From positions 930,001 to 994,000 of the forward strand of contig JBLDXI010000001.1 in assembly GCA_047495785.1 (NCBI GenBank): a DNA stretch of 64,000 bases, given 5' to 3'. This DNA is from Lepidodermella squamata. Taxonomy: Eukaryota > Animalia > Gastrotricha. This document shows positions 35,101 through 46,554 of this stretch, one piece after another. Position 1 is the first letter of the stretch. Each line of letters opens with the position of its first letter. Below the pieces are notes generated by a model. It worked only from the letters and a program-made list of their open reading frames with translations. It did not search any database and was not told the origin of the DNA. A program made the position numbers and the translations under genes.

Positions 35101-38100
35101 AGTTTGTACACAATATCGGCAAAAGCGAGTGCAAGATATAAATGAAAAGTGCAGACACCAACGACAATAAAGCCCCTCATAACAATAAGTAGTCAAAGCA
35201 ACTCACCCGTCGTCCCTATTGTTTAGTTGAACAACAAAAAAAGCGATGAGCTTAGTAAAAAGCAAAGGTAGTACTACAATCAAGGTTTTTTAATCACCAA
35301 TCCAACAGAAAAAATGCGCATTTCCAACGACTTCCTAGGTAGACTTACCGAATCACGAGATCGATAAGTGTAATACTGCGGGAATTCGCGCTTGTGGATG
35401 ATCAGGAAAGTAACTCGTCGAATCATTCGAGCAGCCAGAGCCTCGCGACGAGCCTTCACGATTTCACTCAATCGAGCGGAATACCACTGGAAAAAATTGA
35501 AATTTTAAGGAGGAATTTTTCAAAATTAAATCCTCACGTCTTCACGCTGCTTTTTCTCAATGCGAATCGCAATGTTGATGATTGAGATTGGTTCGCCAGC
35601 TCGGTCGATATTTTGCGGCGAGAAAAGCATCTGCTCGAGGTAGGATACGCTAGGACTGAACGGCATTTCAAAGAGGCGATTTCCAGTGCCAGCAGGTCCC
35701 CCGCCGCCATGAACGAAGCGATCGACCAGCTTGTCGAAATTCGCCTGGCACTCTTCGAGACTCGAAAAAGCCGCCATAATACCGATGCGTTGACACGCGA
35801 TATTCGCTGAGAATCTACCATCACCGCCTGAGAACACGGTGGGTGCTTGATCGAAGGCCAATGACAACCTCGGCTGCATTGAAATACTCTGAGGCATACC
35901 ACCGTTTGCTCCGGTGATAGAAGATAACGCAGACATGTTGTCGCCATTATTATTGCCGACATCTTCCGAGTAACTCGCATGCAACCGATGACCCCGAGAG
36001 CCACTATTCTGCAGGCTATTAGTTCCAGAAATCGGCGTTCCATTGCTGGGTGGTGTATGCATCATCATCATCAGTTGAACGCCCATTCTGTTCGGATGCG
36101 ATGTTGGCAACAAGAAATTGAACTCAACAACTTGGTAGGACGAGAAATCGTCCAGCGTTCCGTGCTGCAGCGAGACTAAATCATACGCACAATAAGCTCG
36201 TCGAACGTAGACTTCGAGCGCTGACGCAATGACCTCAGCTTTCGGGTGGAAGAAAAACGACGGCAACACGTCAAAAATCGCTGTTTCTGTCGTGATAAGT
36301 CGCTGCAGATTTTCTTGAAACTTTTCGCGGTTATGCGGGTCGAGAGCTGATAGGAAAATTGACCCGACTTGATTTTCGCGCAATTCATACGGCGGTTCGT
36401 GACTTGCGATCAGAATCTGTCTCGCTTTCAACGCCACCTTAACATTTTCCAGTCGCTTCAGCGTTGTCAAATCATTCAACGCATTTTCTAGGTCGGAATT
36501 CAAGGCGACATCGCGAGTTGTCATCATCTCTAATAAATTAATGATCAACAAATTTTTCAACGGAGCAGCGGATGTCGAGAAGACGATCTGAATGATTTTT
36601 TGAAGATCGTCCTTGTGATCTTCTCGCAGTTGAGCGAGGCACTTGTCGTAACTGGACGCTTGAAATTTGCTCTCAATCGCGTAGTATTGCGCCAAAATTT
36701 CGTGAATCACTGATTTAAGGTGGCCGTCAATGCCTAGGCGATATCGTTGAATAATTTGAAGAACAGCTTGAGTATTGGCGAAGTACCGATCCCGTTCCTC
36801 CCGTTTACCCAACGACCCGGCGTAGCGGTCGATTATTCTCGCAATCTCTTGACTCGGGAAACTGATCAAAACACTGGTAACATTGCCCTCGTAGAATGAG
36901 AGCTGCTTCAAAATCGCCCGCTCGACATCGGCGGGGATTTTTCCAGACACCGTACTCATCACCTCTTGCAGTTCAGCGAGAGGGAGTCTCGGGTCGGTCA
37001 AAACTCGAAACAAGCTTTCAATCAACTCTTTGCAGTAAGACGCAAATTTCGAATCAGGGCGGCAATAGCCCAATAAGATTGATTCAATCGCAGATCGGAT
37101 GGTTTTGTAGCGTTTGTGCAATTTTTCAGAGGTCATAGTAGACGTAGCGCTGACTAGCGAGTGATTAGATTGGCTGATGTGCATACTCGTGTTGTGAGCA
37201 TCTCCATTCACCTCGCCAGTCTCCAACACTTCGAAAGTACCGTTGAAAACCGACGCCCGTTTCACTTGACTCGCGTCGTCGAGTTGAAGGCGAGCAATTA
37301 TCGTACCAGGGTGAAGTATCGCCCCGGGTCTTTTGATGTGGTGAACGGTACCAGCCTCCGGCGCGGTGAGCTCCATCAACATTTTCATAACTTCAACCTC
37401 GGCGTAAACGCCACCGGCTTGAACGTGATCGCCGTCATTCACGAGGAAATTCACTAATTTCCCGGCGGTGGTACTCCTCAGAACCGTGGGGTCGTATTCC
37501 TTGGTGAAAACACAGGTACGATTGCCGACAATCGCCCTCACGCCGCAGACATCTTGCTGCAAATAAGTTGCATAGGTGTTGTTAGAAATCGAAACCAAAA
37601 TGCCGCCATCAGTCAATCGATGCGCCTCCAGCTGAATCGTGCTGTGATTCATCAACAAAAAATACGTGGTAGGCCCGACTTTCGTCACCTGAATCACGTA
37701 TTTGTAGTCCTCGTGGACTAATTCGATGTCAATCGTGTTTTTCAGGGTATTAGCCGGCAGGAATTGCCCGCGTTCCAACGAGTTGTGAAAGTGCTGGAAA
37801 CTCGAAAGAATCGCTTCCTCAGCCAACGAAACAGCTGCGCAAACCGCGGCGAGAAGTGGGTCGATTTGTTCGACATTCACCTGTTGCGCGATTAATCGGT
37901 CAAGCCAGGCGGTTGAAATTGAGTTATCGCGAAATTCGTCAGTTTCAAGCAGCTGAATCAAATATTCTACGGTTGTTGGGAAGTCGCCGCGAATGTTTAG
38001 CTCTTTCAGCGCCATGATCAAACTTTCACAGGCCTGTTCGCGGTTTTCACCCCACGAGAAGCAATGCCCGAATTGAGAATCGGCGAATTCGTGAACGCCA

Positions 38101-40360
38101 CCCGTAGTCGTGATACTGAAGTATCCCCAGACATTCTTGTTACTTTTAAAGTTCAACTCTTGAACCTGGCCTGAGCTTGGTTTGAACCCTTTCGCCGGGT
38201 TTTCACTCGTAATTCGAGCGGCTATAACGTGGCCATTCGGCTTCGACCTTCTCGCATTTGTCAGTTCTTGTAGATTTTCAGAAGAACATGATGCAATGCC
38301 GAATAGAGAACAAACGTCCTTGATTTTTTTCAACGGAATTCCCATCGCAACTTGAAGCTGGCAAGCAGGTAAATTCACGTTGCTGATCATTTCAGTGCAG
38401 GGGTGCTCGACCTGGAGACGAGGGTTCAGCTCTAAAAAGTAGAATTTATGCTCCTGAGGGTCGTACAGGTACTCGACTGTTCCGGCTGATTGATACCCGA
38501 CAAGTTTCGCCAGTTGAACAGCGCCTCGTTCCATGCGCTCGATAACATCGTCCTTCGCCACGACAACCGGAGCCTCCTCAATGATTTTCTGGTGGCGTCT
38601 TTGGATTGAACAATCGCGGCCGAATAGCGAAATAGCCTCGCCGTATTTATCAGCAAGTACTTGCACCTCAAGATGTCGAACGTGATTCGCGCATTTCATG
38701 ATGAAAATGGGCGAGCCAGGCAGCTCGTTCTGCACCTGCCGGAAGGCGTTTCCGAAATCGGCGGATGCTTCGACTCGTCTGATACCTTTACCACCGCCGC
38801 CTTCCGACGCCTTGATCATGACTGGGTAGCCGATGCGGTCGGCCTGTTGTTGGCCTTCAGCCGCATCGGTGATCAGGGCCTGTTCGTAGATTTGACGCGG
38901 TACGGTTAAGAATCGACCGGCTTTGATGTCTTCCTCCGACCATTCTAGCGTGATATCATCGCCGTTCCACGGCAGCGTAGGGATGTCGGCACTTTGAGCA
39001 ACGATGGTTGACGCGATTTTATCGCCGAGGGCCCACATTGCGCTCTCTGGTGGGCCGATGAACGTGATTCCATTTTTATGCAATGTCTCGGGCAGCTTTG
39101 GATTTTCAGATGCATGGCCCCAACCAGCCCACACCGCCTACAATAGAAACAATAAGTTTAATCAAAATTCGATTTTTCATCAATTTTTTCTGATTTCCGT
39201 ACTTCGCTATAAATAGTTCCTCAATTAAAAGGTTGTCTGTAACCAACAGCGTGTTCCATAAGTTGTGCAACTTATGTAAAAGAAATTCAATTATTTTTTT
39301 GAAATTAAACCTATCGGGAGAATCTGCCATCCCAAAATCCGCAATCTCACCTAAGAAATCGCAAATTTACCCGGAAAACCCGGAAAATCCCGACGGTGAC
39401 TGAATTCGGTATTTTACCCGTTTAATTTTGTTACCCGGATCGATAAGAGGGATACCTGAGTACTATTGTCATGAAATTTCAAAAATTGTCCAATATTTTT
39501 TCTGGTTCATTTTAGCGCATCCGAACCTTTTCCGTCTTTCTTTGCGTTAATTATGGGACACGCTTTAAAAATGGAAATGAAATGCTACTTCAAATTGAGC
39601 GTACTATAAACGCTAAAGCAAATTTTAATTAGAAAATGTCAGCGGAATAATGTCCCGTAAAACAAAAGAAAATCACGAGACATTGAATGTAGAAAAGCTT
39701 GCGACTTTTTTGGAAAAGAAATCTGGATTTAACTTCTTACTCTTATTATAAGACATTTAAATAGCTCCAGACAAAGTGAATGAGAAATTAAAGAAATACA
39801 AAAGGCTGGTTTCAAGTTTTTGCGATACAGTGAGGCTACAAAAAGCAGGGGGCGAAGTTCATTGATTGAAGTGCGCTTCAATTTGATGAGGCGTTTCAAG
39901 AAATTGAAGAGTAGCATCGGCAAAAGAATGCTTCTTAATTTTTTTAAACTCCTCATTAAATTGATACGCACTCTAATCAATGAACTTCGCCCCCTGCGGC
40001 TTTTTGTAGCCACCCTGTAGAAAGAAATAGGGGACTTACATCACAACGGGTTTGAACAGCCACATCAAGAATGCAATCGATGTTTGCATAGTTGTTGACG
40101 TTGCTGCCACCAGTCACCTGAACGCACTGATCAGCCATTCGGATGTACTCGGCGTTCGCCTTGAGATCCTCGGGAGTAACCATGGCTACGAAGCGAATGG
40201 CCCGCTCGTTCTTGAAAGTTTCGTATGACCATCGGCGGATAGATCGCATGCATTTCACAGCCGCAATGCCGTTGTTGGCGATTAGCACCTTCTTGATGAC
40301 GGTATCGCCGCCGTATTTGTGCACGAAATCCTCGACAGTAACAACATTCAGCTCCGTCAT
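29155..40360 (-). CDS. ACC: Acetyl-CoA carboxylase; exons 40360-40040, 39137-35538, 35486-35349, 34441-33188, 31125-30499, 30444-29155
   Basis: [13 protein letters not shown]; [11 protein letters not shown]; [12 protein letters not shown]; [10 protein letters not shown]; biotin motif EVMKM; [19 protein letters not shown]; NSGARIG; [11 protein letters not shown]; ANWRGFSGG. Confidence 0.98.
31708..31908 (+). mobile_element. RTE-like LINE reverse transcriptase fragment in ACC intron 4
   Basis: [32 protein letters not shown]...LDECQHGF. Confidence 0.85.
32604..32883 (+). mobile_element. Solo LTR (280 bp) with 5-bp target-site duplication GTAAG
   Basis: Ends tgttagatttgt...acaaattcaaca; gtaag at 32599-32603 and 32884-32888; internal tatataaa (~32709) followed by aataaa (~32733). 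Confidence 0.85.
34627..35022. mobile_element. Foldback-type MITE (396 bp) with ~120-bp TIRs made of ~15-bp GAGCAA subrepeats; 8-bp TSD tctaaagc
   Basis: ggttctatgactaaagagc...gctctttagtcatagaacc; TSD at 34619-34626 and 35023-35030; inner inverted pair aagtggcacgcgactt/aagtcgcgtgccactt. Confidence 0.93.
39828..40017. mobile_element. Tc1/mariner-type palindromic MITE with TA target duplication in ACC intron 1
   Basis: ta-cagtgaggctacaaaaagc...gctttttgtagccaccctg-ta; ~90-bp imperfect arms. Confidence 0.85.
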
Positions 40361-40987
40361 GATAATTCACTAGCAATTACTGGTGAATAGACACATTGAG
40401 TTTGAACAAATACAACCTAAATAAAACATGGCACAGGTATAATAGTAGTGGAAAATTATAACAGCGTGGTGGTGTGGTCATGCTTATCAGAGTATGTCGC
40501 ATGAAATCGGGCCGAATAAGATAGCGTTATTATTGTAGAAAAAACCAAGCCTAACGAGTTGAAAAGTGTGCTTATCGCTGGATATAACGCGTGACCATGT
40601 GGCAGCAAGTGATTGATGACCACTGGGGTGATTTTTAACCTTTTTGCGAGACACAACAGTTGTGCAGTTCTTTGAAAAATTTTCCTAATAGTAAAGCTGC
40701 TGTGAAATAAGCGTGATGTTGTGAAATGAAAAAGTCTGCGGGATTTCAACAATATAACCTACTGACAAGTAGCGCTCATTATAATAAAGCGGCCAACGCC
40801 GTTAACCCCGCGATAAAAAATTTAGACAGCAGGTGAATATATAATGCCAACTGCTAACTTTTAGCTAAATACAGCCGGTAGGTATGTGAAATGCAGACAA
40901 TTCGGGAAAACACATTCACTGATATGATATTCTTATATATTTTTAGCCTCAACGCTCAACATTTCAACTTGTAACAAGCAATGCGTT

Positions 40988-42082
40988 TCAAGACGACAAA
41001 GTCGCGTATTCAAAGTTATCACTTCGTTCGTATTCCGCAAGATCGAGCGCAACTAGGCAGGACTCTGAGACTATTGGCTCGTGATCCGTGGCAAATTTCT
41101 GTAAAACCGGGGTGCTGCCGTCAGAGGCGACCGAGCCTAGCGCTTCAGCAGCTTCGTGGCGGACCATTGGGTTCTCGTTCGGGTCCTCGAGGCGTTTGAG
41201 AAGAGGGGCAACAGCAACACGCTCGCACACTGAGCCGAGTTGACCGAGAACAAACGCGACTTCGTGGCGAAGAAGCGCCTCCTCGGGGCCAGTTACTTCA
41301 AAACCACGAACGAGTTGACGAACAGCTTCGTCGGCAAGCTTTTTATCAGAAGTAGCTCCGGCAATATTACGGAGCGAAAACATAGCCCTGCAAATGAAAA
41401 TTCGCAAAAAGCGTAAATTAAGGAGGATTTTTCAAGTTTCGTACTTGTAACGATCAAACAGTGATCTGTTCAAATCAGCGAGGCGATCACCAAGAATGAC
41501 AATGTCTTCAAGCTTTTCTTCAGCCGGGGCCGGGTCGACGCTGTCAAAAGGCGAGACCAAAACTTTGTCGTGTAAAGCCGGATCAGTTGAAATGTAACGA
41601 ATGCGTTCAACAGCTAATTCACAGGTTTGCGTGATTTCAATCGGGTTTTCAGCGTTTGGCGTTTGCTTAGCAATGGCCTCAAGTTGCGGTAGCAATTCCG
41701 TTGCTCCGATCGCACCTAACGCCTCGCCAGCTTCGTGGCGGGCGATAACCGGCTGTTCCGGGTCGCATAAAACAGTGTAAAGAGCCGGCACAACGATAGA
41801 TCGCGCGGCAGGGTGGGCTCCAATTTGACCCAAGCAATAAGCGCATTCGTGTTTCAAAAGAGCTGAAGCGTCTTTAATGCCTTTCAACATCAGGCAATCG
41901 ACCATAGCCTTAGCGGCTCGACCCATATCATCACCGGCAGTATCAGCGTTTCTCAGCAAAAATAGAGCTCGAAACCGCAGGGAAATTTTCTGTTTTGGAT
42001 CCAACAAAACCTCGGTGGCCTTAGCAATTTCATCTTGAGAAGCGGCGCTTGTAGTATCTCGGAAGTCTTTTTCGTTCGTCAT
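40988..42082 (-). CDS. DOHH: Deoxyhypusine hydroxylase; exons 42082-41445, 41387-40988
   Basis: Four His-Glu motifs (LKHECAYCLGQ, ARHEAGEALG, LRHEVAFVLGQ, VRHEAAEALG); RFRALFLLRN; SVDPAP. Confidence 0.96.
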
Positions 42083-42188
42083 AACTTTTATTTTTTTCCC
42101 AGCAAATATAATATAAGATAATCTCTATCGAACAAGAAGAAAGCATTAATACTGTCATTTGGCAAGATGGAAGATAATAGTCCTGATC

Positions 42189-43393
42189 TCAATTCTCGTA
42201 TTTTGAACGGTCAACAGCCGAGCCGAATAAATCGAAACAATTCGACCAAAGCAATTTGTGTTTCACCTCATCGGAAATCTTCGACTCGGAACAGATCAAT
42301 TTCCCAGGCTCTTGTTCACCCAGCGGAAATGGGTAGTCCGAGCCAAGTACCATGCGGTTTTCGCCGATCACTTTCAGCACGAAATGCAAAGCTTCTGAAT
42401 CATGAACAAGCGAGTCGACCCAAATTTTTCGACCTGCCAAATGGTCGGTTGGAGGGACTTTCGTTGCGGTAGCACACAAGTCCGGGCGAACGTCGAAACC
42501 ATGCTGCATGCGACCAATAATCAATGGGAAACAGCCTCCTCCATGCGCGAAAATCAACTTCAAATTCGGGAAACGATCTGCAAAAGCCCTTCTACATCAA
42601 GTGCATTATTACGAATCGACAAAATTTACCGAAAACACCTCCGAACAAGACCGATCCAATCGCGATGGCAGTTTCAGTGGGCATTCCTACAAAAATCCTC
42701 CTTGAAACTTAAATTCCCAAGTAAATAAATTATATCCGAACCGATGAGCCAAGGGAACCAATATTTCTTCAAGCGGTCCCCTGCGGTCAGCATATCCCAC
42801 GGGTGAATAAACACAACCGTTCCAGTTTTTTCAACGACCTCCCAAAATGGATACAACTCGGGAGCATCCAAGTTCCACTCGTTAATATGCGATCCTATTT
42901 GAATGCCGGGAAATCCGAGCTCATTTCGACAACGCAACAACTCTTGAATAGCCAACTCCGGCGACTGCATCGGCACAGTTCCAAGGCCGATGAAACGGGT
43001 CGGATGCTGTTTAACAACATCAGCAATGTGGTTATTCAACAATTTACTCATAGCCAAGCAATCATCGGGTTTAGCCCAATATGAAAACATAACAGGAACA
43101 GTTGAAAGCACCTGGACAGTTACGTCTTAACATGCAAAACTGAAAAATTGCACGAAATTAAGGCAGACATTTCTAACAAACGAACTTGTTTCGTCCATTT
43201 CCTTGAGCCGAGCTGCTACGTCGTAGCAGTTTTTGTCAACTTTCCGGAATAATTTACCGTCTTGCTTCATCAATCGTTTTTCGCTGTCTTCAGGGTCCAC
43301 CTCCAGATAGAGCCAACCGGGATAGCCAGTTTTCTCATTGAAATCCGGAATCTCGCTCGGTAAAATGTGAGTGTGAATGTCGATTCGTCGCAT
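42189..43393 (-). CDS. ACMSD: 2-amino-3-carboxymuconate-6-semialdehyde decarboxylase; exons 43393-43186, 43125-42742, 42686-42630, 42577-42189
   Basis: IDIHTHILP; VQVLSTVPVMFSYWAKP; FIHPWDM; PWLIGMPTET; FAHGGGCFP; LGSDYPFPLGE. Confidence 0.96.
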
Positions 43394-43435
43394 CTCTACT
43401 TAATTAAGCGGACTAGACGAAAAACAAGATCGGTT

Positions 43436-43524
43436 GATTCATCCATGGGCTGTCCGGTTTCCCAAACAGCGGTACACCCCGAAGGGTGGGGGATGGCTTC
43501 ACTGGAAACCGACCCCGATTCATC
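43436..43524. other. GC-rich structured element flanked by an 8-bp direct repeat (gattcatc)
   Basis: Complementary pairs cggtttcc/ggaaaccg, gctgt/acagc and caccc-cgaa-gggtg. Identity unknown. Confidence 0.45.
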
Positions 43525-43721
43525 TTTCATCTCATAAAATCATCTAAGAAATCAGCAAAGGTTCAGGATATTAACCAAAAGCCGGGAGGAGTTGAGCTAT
43601 TTTCTCATTTTATTGAATTTCTCTCTCATATACTCAAATAATTCAGCTTACTCCACGTGACAGCGTATGATTTACGACTGAAAAAAATTGAAATTAAAAA
43701 ACTGCAGAACATGGCAGCACA

Positions 43722-44279
43722 TCAACTTACATCAGGGACGTTGTAGTCACCAGCATCGACACCTTCAATGACATCGTGCGGGGGCTTGCCGTCGACGGTG
43801 CAACCTACAGATTGGCAGGTGCCGAGGACCTCCTTCAAGGTGCCAGAGAGCTGGCGAGCCATCGAGCGGGCGCGGCAGTTGCGGGCGATGTTGATGATTT
43901 CATTGAAGGGAATATCGCCAGAGTGCTTGATGTTCTTGACCTTTTTGCGATCACGTGGGGGTTCCTTCAGGGCCTTGATGATCATCGAGGCAGCCGACGG
44001 CACTACGGAGATTTCGGCCTGACGGTTCTTGACGATAAGCTTGACGGTGACGCGAAGACCCTTCCAGTCGGTGGTGGCCTTGGCGATATCTTCACCGACC
44101 TTCTTGGGGGCGAGACCAAGAGGACCGATCTTGGGGGCGAGCGAAGCAACAGCACCAACTTCACCGCCGACGACGCGGATGAAGACTAGCAACGGAGACA
44201 ACAAATTATAAATATGAAATATTTTATATATCAATAACTCACTGATCTTCTCCTCTCCCATATCAGGCTTAGGGGCCAT
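43722..44279 (-). CDS. RPL12: 60S ribosomal protein L12 (uL11); exons 44279-44243, 44185-43722
   Basis: [19 protein letters not shown]; [11 protein letters not shown]; [22 protein letters not shown]; [16 protein letters not shown]. Confidence 0.98.
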   Translation of the reverse strand: MAPKPDMGEEKISELLIYKIFHIYNLLSPLLVFIRVVGGEVGAVASLAPKIGPLGLAPKKVGEDIAKATTDWKGLRVTVKLIVKNRQAEISVVPSAASMIIKALKEPPRDRKKVKNIKHSGDIPFNEIINIARNCRARSMARQLSGTLKEVLGTCQSVGCTVDGKPPHDVIEGVDAGDYNVPDVS

Positions 44280-44501
44280 TTTGAAGATTTGGAGTCAAAA
44301 TTGACTAAAAACCTATCAATTCGGAATAAAACAGCATAAAATATCGCTGTAATCAGGGAAAATAGCACCGTAATGTCAATAAATTAATCTCAAAAAGTTA
44401 GATAGCGATGGAAGGTATCATGCAAATCCGTCTCGGCGATAAAATCAGGAATTGACACCGATTAATAGTCAATCAACTGGGAAAGAAACGGGTCATTGTA
44501 T

Positions 44502-45654
44502 TCAGAGCTTGGCCATGTTTGTGCCCAATGAATCGAATGCTAGTTTAGCTGCAGTCGTAGCAGTGCCCATAGACAGGCCGATGCCGTTACTACCGTGCCC
44601 GATGTTGTAGATAAGTGGTATCTCTCGACCGGTTGCGGTTCGAGTCGACTCGCAAGTTACACGCAGCATCTCACGGTGAGGTCTCAAACCAGCCCATTCG
44701 AAATCCACAGTCGCGGCAGCCAAGCTTGGAGCAAGCTGCAGGCAACGCGAGCGAATCGCTTCGGTGTCACGAGGATCAAGCTCTAGATTAAAGTTATTCG
44801 GTTGGCGAACGCCTCCAAGCGAAACATGGTCAATGCCGGGTAAAATATATGTAGCGTCATCTTCATAGAGAAAAGTTTTGATCCAAGGCGCCTTCGCTTT
44901 GATCAATTGACCCCGAACGGGAAACATTTTTGTATCATTGAACAACTTGAGGCTTCCAAGACCAGTACAGTTGACGATGGCATCGTACTTGTCAGATATT
45001 TCATCTACGCTGCACAGAAATTGCTTATTAAATGTAACGCCTCTGTCCAACAGCTTCGTTGTCAGCCACGGCAACATTCTTCGACTTTCGATTATTAGTG
45101 TGGTGAAGTAAAACGCTTGGGCGAATTCATGACAGTGAGGAATGAAGGTCAACTTTTCAGGCTGAACGACGCTGAAATTGTAAACCATATCTTTGTAAAT
45201 CTGATCCTCCATTGGCTGAACTTCATGATTGAGCTGGTAACCTATAGAGGCACCAAGAAAATAGAAATGAGAATAGCACACAATATGACGCACTCACCTG
45301 ATATAATTGAAATTCCAGCTTGGCTAGATTCGCCAGTCTTAGCAATCGAATCGAAAACTTTCCAGCTGTCCCTGCAATACTTTTTCAAATCCTCCACATT
45401 TGGGGTAGGAGTCAAGGAAGAGGTTATGCGAAATATTCCTGAAAAAATTCACTTGGGAACAGAAATTCTAAAATGTAACAAAGCATACCGGCTGCGCCAA
45501 AACTTGTTGTTTCAGTGGTATGCTTATCTGCAATCACTGTAATTTGGGCATTCGTTTGGTTCTGCTGAATCAATTCCGATAATTTGAACGCAGTCGAAAG
45601 GCCTACGGCACCAGCGCCGAGAACAGCGATACGTTTCGGCTTCTCGCTGTACAT
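44502..45654 (-). CDS. DDO: D-aspartate oxidase / D-amino-acid oxidase, peroxisomal; exons 45654-45489, 45438-45298, 45241-44502
   Basis: FAD motif IAVLGAGAVGLSTA; TTSFGAAG; IVNCTGLGS; FPVRGQ; WAGLRPHR; YNIGHGSNG; C-terminal AKL (PTS1). Short lid loop and LGGVRQ favour DDO over DAO. Confidence 0.88.
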
Positions 45655-46554
45655 TACCAGTTAAATAATCGGAAACTAAATATTATAAATGGTAACATTG
45701 AAATGCTCACAACACCAATGGAATTATGTACAGCTACACTTCCCCGTAAAATCAACAAATAATTTTTCAACAGCAGAAACTCCGAGTAGAGGTATTCAAC
45801 TAGAATCATCGATGTCTGACAGTAATTCTGGCTTTAAAACAAACAACTCAGTTTAACACAAACGACACGCTTGACGTTACTCACTATCACAGTTCCACGC
45901 TCCAGGGAAAACGTTGGGACTGAGCTGCAGTTTTGAAAAATTTCTAGGTAGATTCTCAATCACTGAGCGCACAAAGGTAACTTTTTACGATTCCTTTGCA
46001 CAAAATGCAGCGTCAAGTAGTGTAAACGTGAAAAGTTTATCGCGCATAAGATAAAAAATGCTGCAAAACTCAGCTTTGCGAAAAACGAGGACGAGCTTAC
46101 CCACCACGTTTCACATAATAGCGCCACAAGGTCATTTGGTTTTCATTGATAATTTGTAAGATATTGTACTAATTATCTTAAAACAAACAAATATAGACAT
46201 AAACGGTGGCATATTTTATTAAACGAAAAATAGAGGGCAGCTAAATCAAAACGCGGGAAGTGCGAAGTGCGAAACTTTCAACTGCTCAAAGCCGGGCGCC
46301 GGGCGGACAATCCGCGTCTTTCCGCTCCCCTGTCTGATGCCACGTTCCTATGTGCCTTTTTCAGATATTCAGAAAGTTCTGTGTCCGTTTACTCCTTGTT
46401 CTCTTCAAGTTCAGTTCAAAGTCCATAGTTCATAAATAGCAGATCCGCCTGGTATCAGGTGCCTTTCGAAAGGACTTGACTAATTATAGATCAAACCTGA
46501 CAATAAATAATTGTTTCGTTTATCACCCTATTATAGATTTAGCATATCAGCAAA

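Noticed and set aside
39729-40020. Two similar basic ORFs on opposite strands
   Set aside because: Artefact of the palindromic MITE.
43444-43516. HDV-like or hammerhead ribozyme, SECIS or tRNA identity for the structured element
   Set aside because: No P3/L3, no CUGAUGA core, no SECIS apical AA geometry and no cloverleaf. Left as unassigned.
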